The notes beneath the pieces are model-generated. The model had not been told where the DNA came from and did no database searches. It saw nothing but the letters and a program-made list of their open reading frames with translations. This document shows positions 1-8,485 of a stretch of 64,000 bases of DNA, in pieces. Position 1 is the stretch's first letter, and each line of letters begins with the position of its first letter. The position numbers and the translations under genes are program-made. Source of the DNA: Elusimicrobiota bacterium (GTDB lineage: Bacteria > Elusimicrobiota > Elusimicrobia > F11); the NCBI GenBank assembly GCA_044221725.1, contig JBGAON010000005.1, forward strand, positions 32,001 to 96,000. The letters run 5' to 3'.

Positions 1-264
1 AAGAATATCGATATTGTTGAGGAATACCGTTCCGGTTTGGTAAAAGTGCATCCGCTTGCCAATTGGACCGGTAAACAAATTTATTCGTACATGAAGGAAA
101 ATGACTTGCCGTTCCATCCTCTGTGGGAAAAAGGTTATACCAGCATTGGTTGCGAACCCTGCACGACATTGCCACCGCTTGATGGCGGGGAACGAAGTGG
201 CCGATGGGCGGGACTCGAAAAAAAGGAATGTGGAATTCACACGTTTCTCGAAAAGAAAAATTAG
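1..264 (+). CDS. cysH: APS/PAPS reductase, 3' part (truncated by window start)
   Basis: Frame is open from base 1. Motifs HPLWEKGYTSIGCEPCT, ERSGRW and KECGIH; the CxxC suggests the Fe-S APS-reductase type. Confidence 0.92.
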   Translation, partial: KNIDIVEEYRSGLVKVHPLANWTGKQIYSYMKENDLPFHPLWEKGYTSIGCEPCTTLPPLDGGERSGRWAGLEKKECGIHTFLEKKN

Positions 265-282
265 TTCTCTGGGGAGAATAAT

Positions 283-1026
283 ATGAACAGTCTTATCAGT
301 CAGTTTATGGCCGTGTGGCTGCATCCGTGGGATGCGATGAGTCGCGTGAAAGAAGATGGAGAAGAGGCTGGGATTGCACCATCGATATTATTTGTAATCG
401 TGATGGGACTCGTGAGCGGTTTAATTACGTCGATTCTTGGATCGCTGATCCCGAGTGCGGCAGTGCCAGGCGCCTCAAAGGCAACGATTTGGTTGGCTGT
501 TCTCGTCATGCCCGTTGCATCACTGTTGGGCAGTTTTATTGGAACCGCGATTGTGTGGAGCTTCTTGTTGTACGGTCTTTTGCGAGGAAGCTGGTCACAA
601 TTTAAGGTCGTGTATCGATTGATGGCGTTGCTCTCGGCTTTTTCGCCGGTTTCTTCGTTGCTTTCGCCGATCCCGAAAGTCGGCACCTATCTCGCCATTG
701 CGCTCACAATCTGGATGACAATCGTTATGATCAAAGGAATCATTATTGTCTGTGACACAGCGCCCGTTCGCACATGGGTGACCTGTATCGTTTTCTTTGG
801 TTTGTTGTTGCTGCTGGGTTTCGTGGCCCGCATGGCCGCGCAGCGCGAATTGGCAGCCAACGGACCGGGCGGCTTCAACGATTACGGAACCACAGACTTT
901 GGTGGAGCGACCGATGACCTCGGCGCCACCAGCGACAATTTGGAAAAAGATCTTCAAGGGCTCGCTGAAAAAGCGAAAGAAGATCAAAAAGCCGGAGACA
1001 AAACGCCGGAACAACCAAAGAAGTAA
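283..1026 (+). CDS. Yip1-like multipass membrane protein
   Basis: About 5 hydrophobic segments and an N-terminal 'LHPxxAM' pattern typical of bacterial Yip1 proteins; GGAGA SD. Confidence 0.6.
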   Translation: MNSLISQFMAVWLHPWDAMSRVKEDGEEAGIAPSILFVIVMGLVSGLITSILGSLIPSAAVPGASKATIWLAVLVMPVASLLGSFIGTAIVWSFLLYGLLRGSWSQFKVVYRLMALLSAFSPVSSLLSPIPKVGTYLAIALTIWMTIVMIKGIIIVCDTAPVRTWVTCIVFFGLLLLLGFVARMAAQRELAANGPGGFNDYGTTDFGGATDDLGATSDNLEKDLQGLAEKAKEDQKAGDKTPEQPKK

Positions 1027-1047
1027 GAACAGAAGCTTTCAGCTTAG

Positions 1048-1129
1048 CGTCGTCCTGGAAAGTCTTTATCCAGGACCCATTTTCCATGAGGATAAGATGG
1101 GTCCTGGATTTGGGCATTCCAGGGCGACG
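1048..1129. repeat. Palindromic miniature element (RPE/REPIN-like), copy 1
   Basis: CGTCGTCCTGGAA...TCCAGGACCCAT / ATGGGTCCTGGA...TTCCAGGGCGACG. Each arm is a hairpin and the arms are inverted to each other; similar to 24243-24323. Confidence 0.8.
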
Positions 1130-1152
1130 AATTTTAAGGAGATAAATGACTT

Positions 1153-3864
1153 ATGGCAAAGCAACAGAAGTATGTGTACTCATTCGGTGGCGGCAAGGCC
1201 GACGGCAGTGGAAAATTAAAAGATTTGTTGGGCGGTAAAGGAGCGGGTCTTGCAGAAATGTCCAAGGCCGGCGTGCCTGTTCCTCCGGGCTTTACGATCA
1301 CAACCGACGTTTGCCGCTATTATTACGCGAACGGCAAGAAACTCCCGAAAGAATTTGAAGCGCAGTACAAAGATGGCATTAAAAAACTCGAGAAAAATCT
1401 CGGCAAACAATTCGGTTCAACGACCGATCCGTTGCTCGTCTCGGTTCGCTCCGGCGCGAAATTTTCGATGCCCGGTATGATGGACACGATTTTGAATCTC
1501 GGGTTGAATGACAAGGCCGTGGAGGGAATGGCAACGCGCACAGGAAACGAACGTTTCGCTTGGGATGCGTATCGTCGCTTTCTCTCGATGTTCGGCAACG
1601 TGGTTCTCGAAATCGAAAAAGGAAAATTCGAAAAAGAACTCGAATCGGTCAAGCATAAAAAAGGCGTCAATCTGGACACCGAATTGAACGTGAACGACTT
1701 GAAAGAAGTGGTGGAGCTCGAAAAAGCCCTCATTAAGCGTGAAACTGGTGAAGAATTTCCGCAGGATCCGTACGAACAACTCGCGGCCGCTCGCAACGCC
1801 GTGTTCCGAAGCTGGAACAATCCGCGTGCCATCACGTATCGCCGGTTGAACAAAATCTCGGACGACATCGGAACCGCTGTGAACGTGCAAGCGATGGTGT
1901 TCGGCAACATGGGCAACGACTCGGGAACCGGAGTGGGCTTCACGCGCAATCCATCCTCTGGCGAAAAAGTGTTCTTCGGCGAATACCTCACGAACGCGCA
2001 GGGCGAAGACGTCGTGGCCGGAATTCGTACACCGAAACCCATTCTTGAACTCGAAAAAGATTTGCCAGAAGCGTACAAAGAGCTTCGTCAGATCACCGCC
2101 AAATTGGAAAAAGCGTATCGCGACATGCAGGATTTTGAATTCACGATCGAGCGCAAAAAACTGTTCATGCTTCAAACCCGAAACGGTAAGCGTACCGGTA
2201 TCGCCGCGGTTCGCGTTGCCGTTGACATGGTGAAAGAAGGACTCATTTCAAAAGAAGAAGCGCTTATGCGCATCGAGCCGGATCAAATTGCGCAACTTCT
2301 CGCGCCCGTGTTCGATACGCGCGAGAAAGGCGGAGCCATCAAAGGTGGACGCTTGCTTGCCAAAGGTATTGATGCCGGACCTGGCGCCGCAACGGGTCGC
2401 ATTGCGTTCACGTCCGAACGCGCGGTGGAAATGTCGCAGAAAGGGCCAGTCGTATTGGTTCGCCCCGAAACAAATCCGGATGACATCGAGGGAATGGTCG
2501 TTGCTCAGGGTATTCTGACCGCGATCGGTGGCCGTACCAGCCACGCTGCTGTTGTGGCGCGCGGGATGGGAAAACCTTGTATCGTTGGATGCGGCGTTCT
2601 CAAGATCGACGAAGAAGCGGGAACGTTGCGCGTGAACGGAACAAGTCTTAAAGAGGGCGATTTCCTTTCTGTGGACGGTTTCACCGGCGAAGTCATCACG
2701 GGCCAGGTACCGACGTTGCCGTCGGAAGTGGTGCGCGTGTTGCGCGGTGAGTTGGATAAAAAAGAAGCCCCGCTCTACGGTTATTTCAGCCAAGTGATGC
2801 AGTGGGCCGACAGCTACCGCAAAATTGGTGTGCGCGCGAACGCGGACATCCCGCGCGATGCCGTGATGGCGAAAGCGCTGGGCGCCGAAGGGATTGGTCT
2901 GTGCCGCACGGAGCACATGTTCTTTGCGCCGGAACGGTTGCCGTACATGCAACAGATGATTCTTGCCGATAACGAGCACGATCGTCGTGCAGCGCTCGAA
3001 AAGTTGTTGCCGTTCCAAAAAGAAGACTTCAAAGGGTTGCTAAAAGAAATGAAAGGCTATGGCGTAACGATCCGCACGCTGGACCCGCCGTTGCACGAGT
3101 TTTTGCCGAAGACAAACGAAGCGGCGCAAGAACTTTCCGAGAAGATCGGAATTCCCGCCGACAAGATCATGCAGAAAACGCACGAGCTGCACGAGTTCAA
3201 CCCGATGCTGGGTCACCGCGGTTGCCGCCTCGGTATCACGTATCCGGAAATCACCGAGATGCAGGCCCGCGCCATTCTTTTGGCCGCCGCCGAACTCAAG
3301 AAGGAAGGAATCAACGTTGTTCCGGAAATTATGATTCCGCTCGTCGGAAACGTGAAAGAATTAAAAGATCAAACAGCGATTGTTCGAACCGTTGCCGAAG
3401 AAGTGAAGAAGGCAACAGGCGTTGCCGTGAAGTACTTGCTTGGAACGATGATTGAAGTTCCGCGTGCGGCGCTCACTGCGAACGAGATCGCGACGGAAGC
3501 GGAATTCTTTAGCTTCGGAACCAACGACCTCACACAGATGACGCTCGGTTTCTCGCGTGACGATGCGGGCAAATTCACGAAAGTCTATCTTGATAAGAAA
3601 ATTCTCGCCGATGATCCGTTCCAAACGTTGGATCAAACGGGCGTGGGAAAACTTATCAACATCGCGATCAAAGACGGTCGCAGTGTCCGCAAAGACTTGA
3701 AAGTGGGAATTTGTGGCGAGCACGGTGGAGACGCCGAATCGGTGAAGTTCTGCCACCGTTCCGGCTTCAGTTACGTGTCGGCGAGCCCGTTCCGGATTCC
3801 AGTGGCGCGTTTGGCCGCCGCGCAAGCGGTTATCGAAGGTACCACGAAATACTCGAACAAATAA
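1153..3864 (+). CDS. ppdK: Pyruvate, phosphate dikinase
   Basis: LLGGKGAGLAEM, SVRSGAKFSMPGMMDT, GGRTSHAAVVAR (phospho-His) and GICGEHGG; 903 aa; AAGGAG SD. Confidence 0.98.
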   Translation: MAKQQKYVYSFGGGKADGSGKLKDLLGGKGAGLAEMSKAGVPVPPGFTITTDVCRYYYANGKKLPKEFEAQYKDGIKKLEKNLGKQFGSTTDPLLVSVRSGAKFSMPGMMDTILNLGLNDKAVEGMATRTGNERFAWDAYRRFLSMFGNVVLEIEKGKFEKELESVKHKKGVNLDTELNVNDLKEVVELEKALIKRETGEEFPQDPYEQLAAARNAVFRSWNNPRAITYRRLNKISDDIGTAVNVQAMVFGNMGNDSGTGVGFTRNPSSGEKVFFGEYLTNAQGEDVVAGIRTPKPILELEKDLPEAYKELRQITAKLEKAYRDMQDFEFTIERKKLFMLQTRNGKRTGIAAVRVAVDMVKEGLISKEEALMRIEPDQIAQLLAPVFDTREKGGAIKGGRLLAKGIDAGPGAATGRIAFTSERAVEMSQKGPVVLVRPETNPDDIEGMVVAQGILTAIGGRTSHAAVVARGMGKPCIVGCGVLKIDEEAGTLRVNGTSLKEGDFLSVDGFTGEVITGQVPTLPSEVVRVLRGELDKKEAPLYGYFSQVMQWADSYRKIGVRANADIPRDAVMAKALGAEGIGLCRTEHMFFAPERLPYMQQMILADNEHDRRAALEKLLPFQKEDFKGLLKEMKGYGVTIRTLDPPLHEFLPKTNEAAQELSEKIGIPADKIMQKTHELHEFNPMLGHRGCRLGITYPEITEMQARAILLAAAELKKEGINVVPEIMIPLVGNVKELKDQTAIVRTVAEEVKKATGVAVKYLLGTMIEVPRAALTANEIATEAEFFSFGTNDLTQMTLGFSRDDAGKFTKVYLDKKILADDPFQTLDQTGVGKLINIAIKDGRSVRKDLKVGICGEHGGDAESVKFCHRSGFSYVSASPFRIPVARLAAAQAVIEGTTKYSNK

Positions 3865-3874
3865 TCTGAACATT

Positions 3875-3913
3875 GCCCCGGCGAGGACGTGTTCCTCGCC
3901 GGGGCTTTTTTTT
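3875..3913 (+). terminator. Rho-independent terminator after ppdK
   Basis: GC-rich stem GCCCCGGCGAGGA/TCCTCGCCGGGGC followed by T8. Confidence 0.9.
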
Positions 3914-3967
3914 CAACCCGTGGCCCTGAAAATGCCGCGTGTTTCCAGTTATAATTCTGAAATCAAC

Positions 3968-6130
3968 ATGGCGTTAGAAAAACCGTCCTTTCCACCCGAA
4001 CTCATCGCAAAACTAAAAAAGATTGTTGGCGAAAAATCTGTTTTGACTGAGCTTAGCGATCTGTATTTGTATTCGTTCGACTCCGCGCTCGACCGGAGCA
4101 TGCCGCCCGTTGTTGTTTTGCCTGAAACGCCCGATCACGTGTCGCTTGTCATGCGGCTCTTGCACCAAAACAAAAAACCGTTCGTGGCGCGCGGCGCCGC
4201 CACAAGTTTGTGCGGCGGCCCTGTTCCGTTGCACGGCGCGGTGGTGATTGGCTTGTCGCGGCTTACTCGCGTTGGGAAACTCGACAAAGAAAAAAAGGAA
4301 GTTGTTGTTGAGCCTGGCGTTGTGAATTTGAAATTGCAGCAGGTTGTTGCGCCGGACGGACTTTTCTATCCGCCCGATCCGGGGAGTCAAAAGGCGTGCA
4401 CGATCGGTGGAAACATTGCGACAAACGCCGGCGGTCCGCATTGTTTGAAATATGGTGTTACGTCGAACTACGTGCTCGGAATGGATTGGGTTTTCCCCGA
4501 TGGCCAGCAGATGCACCTGCGTGTTGAAGATCCAGGATTTGATGTGCTCGGATTCCTCGTCGGCTCCGAAGGAACGCTCGGGATCGCCACCAAGATTCGT
4601 CTGAAACTTCTGCAGAAACCCGCGGCGATTCGGACAATGCTCGTGAGCTTTCCATCTATCGAACAAGCAATTCAATCGGTGACCGACATTATTGCCGACG
4701 GTTTGTTGCCGGCCACGCTCGAAGCGATGGACAAGACCACGGTTGCCGCGGTCGAAGCGTTCGCGCACGCCGGTTATCCGACCGATGCCGAAGCGGTTTT
4801 GCTGATTGAAGTGGATGGCACCACCGCGGACGAACTTGACGCGCAAGTACAGCGTATTGAAACGCTTTGCAAAAAGAACAATCGCATTGAGTTCCGTTTC
4901 GCAAAGGACGAAGCCGAACGCGCGAAATTGTGGGAAGGTCGCCGTGGCGCGTATCCAGCAATGGCCCGGCTCGCGCCGAACGTGCTTGTGGAAGATGGGG
5001 CGGTACCGCGGACGAAGTTGCCCGAGGCGCTTCGGCAGATCAAACAGATCGCCACCGATGCCGGCTTGCGCGTTGCGCTGTTGTTTCATGCCGGCGATGG
5101 GAACCTTCACCCGCAAATTGTCTTTGATGAGAGAGACGAGCGGCAAACTCGAATCGTAAAAGAAGCCGGGCAGCGAATGCTTAAGGTCTGCGTCGATTTG
5201 GGCGGTACAATTTCCGGTGAACACGGCATCGGCTCCGACAAACGAGAAGCAATGAAGTGGCTTTTCACACGCGAAACATTGACGTTGTTTCGGAAATTGA
5301 AGAACGTTTTTGATCCGGAAAATCTCGCCAACCCCGACAAGCTGATTCCGCTCATTGGGAAATCGGCGCCTTCGCCCGCAACGCCCGCCGCCGAGACGAG
5401 CAACGGCGAGATGCGAGTGCAAACGGTCGCCGACAGCAACCCAAAGAGTGAACAAGAACTGGTGGAAGCCGTGAAACGCTTCGCGAGCCGTAAAGTAGCG
5501 TTCGCTGTGCAAGGGATGCGCACGAAATACACGGTCAGCGAGAATTACGTGCTCTCGATGACCGCTATCAATCAGATCGTGGATTTCGATAAGTCGAATT
5601 TGACGTTGACGGTGCAGGCCGGTGCGGACATCATGAAGGTAATAGCGGAAGTGGAAAAAGAAAATCGATATCTTTGGATCAAGTCGACAGGAACGGTCGG
5701 CGGTGTGGTTGCCACGCGCTCCAGCGTGGTGCCTGCCATGCGCGAACTCATCCTTGGAATGCGTGTCTTGTTGCCAACCGGAGAAATTGTAACGCTTGGG
5801 GCGAAAACGATGAAAAACGTGGCCGGGTACGATGTTCCGAAACTTCTCATCGGTTCGTGGGGAACGCTCGGCATCATTCTCGACGTGACGTTTCGTTTGT
5901 TCCCCTATGCCAAGGAAGCGAAATCGGAGGAAACACTGCGCCCGTTCGTGTTTCGCGATATACATAAAAAAATTCGCCGTGCTTTTGATCCGGAGGGTAT
6001 TTTGTCGCCGAGAATGGTCGCGCTGACCGAGAAGGAAATCACGGATCATCCGAAAGGGGTAACGCAAAACGTACCACAGGCGGGTGTTGAGCAAACCTTT
6101 CGATCGCTTGAAGAGAAGTTCTGGATGTAA
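3968..6130 (+). CDS. glcD: Glycolate/D-lactate oxidase FAD subunit; GlcD fused to a GlcE-like domain
   Basis: PDPGSQKACTIGGNIATNAGG, HAGDGNLHP and SGEHGIG (GlcD), then a second FAD-binding region with MKNVAGYDVPKLLIGSWGTLG (GlcE). Start placed at ATG 3968, downstream of TATAAT at 3950-3955. Confidence 0.88.
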   Translation: MALEKPSFPPELIAKLKKIVGEKSVLTELSDLYLYSFDSALDRSMPPVVVLPETPDHVSLVMRLLHQNKKPFVARGAATSLCGGPVPLHGAVVIGLSRLTRVGKLDKEKKEVVVEPGVVNLKLQQVVAPDGLFYPPDPGSQKACTIGGNIATNAGGPHCLKYGVTSNYVLGMDWVFPDGQQMHLRVEDPGFDVLGFLVGSEGTLGIATKIRLKLLQKPAAIRTMLVSFPSIEQAIQSVTDIIADGLLPATLEAMDKTTVAAVEAFAHAGYPTDAEAVLLIEVDGTTADELDAQVQRIETLCKKNNRIEFRFAKDEAERAKLWEGRRGAYPAMARLAPNVLVEDGAVPRTKLPEALRQIKQIATDAGLRVALLFHAGDGNLHPQIVFDERDERQTRIVKEAGQRMLKVCVDLGGTISGEHGIGSDKREAMKWLFTRETLTLFRKLKNVFDPENLANPDKLIPLIGKSAPSPATPAAETSNGEMRVQTVADSNPKSEQELVEAVKRFASRKVAFAVQGMRTKYTVSENYVLSMTAINQIVDFDKSNLTLTVQAGADIMKVIAEVEKENRYLWIKSTGTVGGVVATRSSVVPAMRELILGMRVLLPTGEIVTLGAKTMKNVAGYDVPKLLIGSWGTLGIILDVTFRLFPYAKEAKSEETLRPFVFRDIHKKIRRAFDPEGILSPRMVALTEKEITDHPKGVTQNVPQAGVEQTFRSLEEKFWM

Positions 6131-7489
6131 ATGGCTTCCGACAAATTGCAACAGTTAAAGAAACTTGAAGAAGTCGTCGCCGCGTGCAACCGGTGCGGTT
6201 TTTGCACATCCTATTGCCCCACGTACAACGCGACCGGTAGCGAGGCGCTGAGCCCGCGCGGACGCAATCAGATCGTGCGCGCGCTCATGGAAGAAAAGAT
6301 TGTTAATCCGGCGCTCGCGAAAGAAAGCGTCGACACGTGTCTTCTTTGCGGTGAATGCACATCCGTTTGTTTCTCGGAAGTTCCAACCGCGCGTCTGATG
6401 GTGGAGACGCGCAATTATTTGAACCAAACGATGCAGGTGCCGAAATCGCTCGATTTTTTTCTAAAAAAAATTCTGCCTTATCCGAAACGCTTTAAAGCGC
6501 TGTTAAAAATTTCGTTCGTACTGAAAAATTTCGGCGGTTCATTGCTGCTCCGAAGTTTTTCGGTGGTGCAAAAAATGTTCCCTACGCTGGCCGCTGCGGA
6601 CGCGTTGCTCGTGAAGGCCCCAATGTCCTTCTTGTTGGAAAAGAAAATGACCAAGGCGTATCAGGAAGGTGTTCGCAAAGAGCTGTCCCACGCGAAGGTG
6701 CTCGCGCAAGAGAAGAGCAAAAAGACTGTGGGCTCCATGCCGACGAAAACTACCTACGCGTATATGCCTGTTTGCGGCAGTCAGTATTTGCGACCGCGCA
6801 TCGGTCTTGCAACGATTCGGTTGTTCGAGAAGCTGCGAATAGATTTTGAAATTCCCGACGCTGTTTGTTGCGGCTTGCCGGCCGCGAGCTACGGTGTGAA
6901 CGACGAGGTGCGGGCGCTCGGCCGAAAGAATATCGCGCATCTTGAAGCGCAAGACTACGAACAAATAATCGTCGATGACTCTTCTTGCGGCGCTCACCTA
7001 AAGGATTTGCCGCTTTTTTTTCAGAGTGATGCGGATTGGATTGCGCGTGCGCACGGTCTCTCACAAAAAGTTCGAGAGCTTTCCGTATTTTTGTTGCAGC
7101 GTGGATTAAAGGAACATTTGAAACTGGCGCCGTGGGTCGGTGGTAGCGTTGCGTATCACGACCCTTGCAAAGCACAATACGGGCAGAAAATTGTGAATCC
7201 GCCGCGCGAGTTGCTCACGGCGATCCCTCGACTTAAGCTCGTGCCAATAGCCGATTCCGATCAATGCTGCGGCGGCGCCGGCACCTACAGCTTTGTTCAT
7301 CCCGAATTGTCGAAGCAGGTGCTCAAAGCAAAAGTGAAAAACATTGTTGCGAGTGGCTGTGAGATTCTCGTCACATCAAGTGCGTCGTGCTTGACCCAGG
7401 TGGCGGCGGGTTTGCGCGATGCCGGATCAAAAATTCAAGTGCTGCATCTCAGTGAGTTCTTGTATCGAGCGCTGGATAAGAGGAGGTAG
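6131..7489 (+). CDS. glcF: Glycolate oxidase Fe-S subunit (CCG domains)
   Basis: CxxCGFCxxxCP and CLLCGEC motifs, two CCG motifs, YHDPC; abuts glcD. Confidence 0.88.
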   Translation: MASDKLQQLKKLEEVVAACNRCGFCTSYCPTYNATGSEALSPRGRNQIVRALMEEKIVNPALAKESVDTCLLCGECTSVCFSEVPTARLMVETRNYLNQTMQVPKSLDFFLKKILPYPKRFKALLKISFVLKNFGGSLLLRSFSVVQKMFPTLAAADALLVKAPMSFLLEKKMTKAYQEGVRKELSHAKVLAQEKSKKTVGSMPTKTTYAYMPVCGSQYLRPRIGLATIRLFEKLRIDFEIPDAVCCGLPAASYGVNDEVRALGRKNIAHLEAQDYEQIIVDDSSCGAHLKDLPLFFQSDADWIARAHGLSQKVRELSVFLLQRGLKEHLKLAPWVGGSVAYHDPCKAQYGQKIVNPPRELLTAIPRLKLVPIADSDQCCGGAGTYSFVHPELSKQVLKAKVKNIVASGCEILVTSSASCLTQVAAGLRDAGSKIQVLHLSEFLYRALDKRR

Positions 7490-7492
7490 TTC

Positions 7493-8485
7493 GTGTCGGC
7501 GAAACGAATCGTTGTTCGAATATTGTTGGTTGCTCTCATAGCAGCGGCCGGTTTTTATCACTGGAGGATGCGACATGTTCCTTTGGCGCCCGGTTTAATT
7601 TCGGTCGATGACAACCAGCGGAACATGGCACTCGCAAAAATTCCGAAGCTAAGCGACAGCGAACGGGCAAAAACAATTTCTGACCTTCTCTCCGAATCAA
7701 AAGGCGTGCGTGACTCTCGATCAAAGCGCTGCATGCTATTCGCCCTTCGGAAACTGGGAGCTTCCCAGCCGGAAGTGCTTGCGCTGAATCTTCAAGCGTT
7801 GTCCGACCCGGACAAGTCGGTTCGCGATGAGGCCGCGGTTTCACTTGGCGAATTTGGGGACGCGGCGATTCCCGAGCTTTTCAAGATGTTGCCGACGTCG
7901 CACGGGGAACTGCAAGATCAACTCGTTCTTATTATTGAACGGTTCAAAGAGAAAGCGACGCCAGGTTGGCAAAAAACGCTGGCGTCGAATGATCCGATGC
8001 TTCGATTGTATGCCGCCGAAGCGTTACATGCGCGCGGCGTGCTTACCGGTTCCATGACGCCGGTTTTGACCAAAGATATGTTAAGCACAAAAGACGATTT
8101 TCGGGACTCCAAGGCCGTGCGCCCTCGGTTGGCGCATTTGCTCGAAAAAATTGATCCGCGTCGCCGCGAGCTTGTGGATCTCGGATTTGATTTGAAACAG
8201 CCGAGGCCCGATATCCGTTACCGCGCCGCTCTGTTTATTTCCGAAATGACGCCGCCCAAAATAGGCGCCGTTGAATCGCTCGCGAACGGATTGAACGATA
8301 AAGATATTAACGTGGCTGCGCGTTGCGCGGTGGGACTCGTGCGAATTGGCCTCGACAAAATAGAACGGCTAAAGAAGACGGTCAAACCAAGGTTGGCCTC
8401 TGTAACAGCGCGAGCAAAGGCCGCAAAAATTGAAGGCTTTGAGGACGCGGTCACGCCCGCCGTGGCGTCTTACTTTAAAAGCTGA
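7493..8485 (+). CDS. Membrane-anchored HEAT-repeat protein
   Basis: N-terminal hydrophobic helix; repeats such as ALSDPDKSVRDEAAVSLG and LNDKDINVAARCA. Confidence 0.7.
   Translation: MSAKRIVVRILLVALIAAAGFYHWRMRHVPLAPGLISVDDNQRNMALAKIPKLSDSERAKTISDLLSESKGVRDSRSKRCMLFALRKLGASQPEVLALNLQALSDPDKSVRDEAAVSLGEFGDAAIPELFKMLPTSHGELQDQLVLIIERFKEKATPGWQKTLASNDPMLRLYAAEALHARGVLTGSMTPVLTKDMLSTKDDFRDSKAVRPRLAHLLEKIDPRRRELVDLGFDLKQPRPDIRYRAALFISEMTPPKIGAVESLANGLNDKDINVAARCAVGLVRIGLDKIERLKKTVKPRLASVTARAKAAKIEGFEDAVTPAVASYFKS

Noticed and set aside
4013..6151. 712-aa antisense ORF over glcD
   Set aside because: Mirrors the sense frame of a well-supported gene; no motifs.
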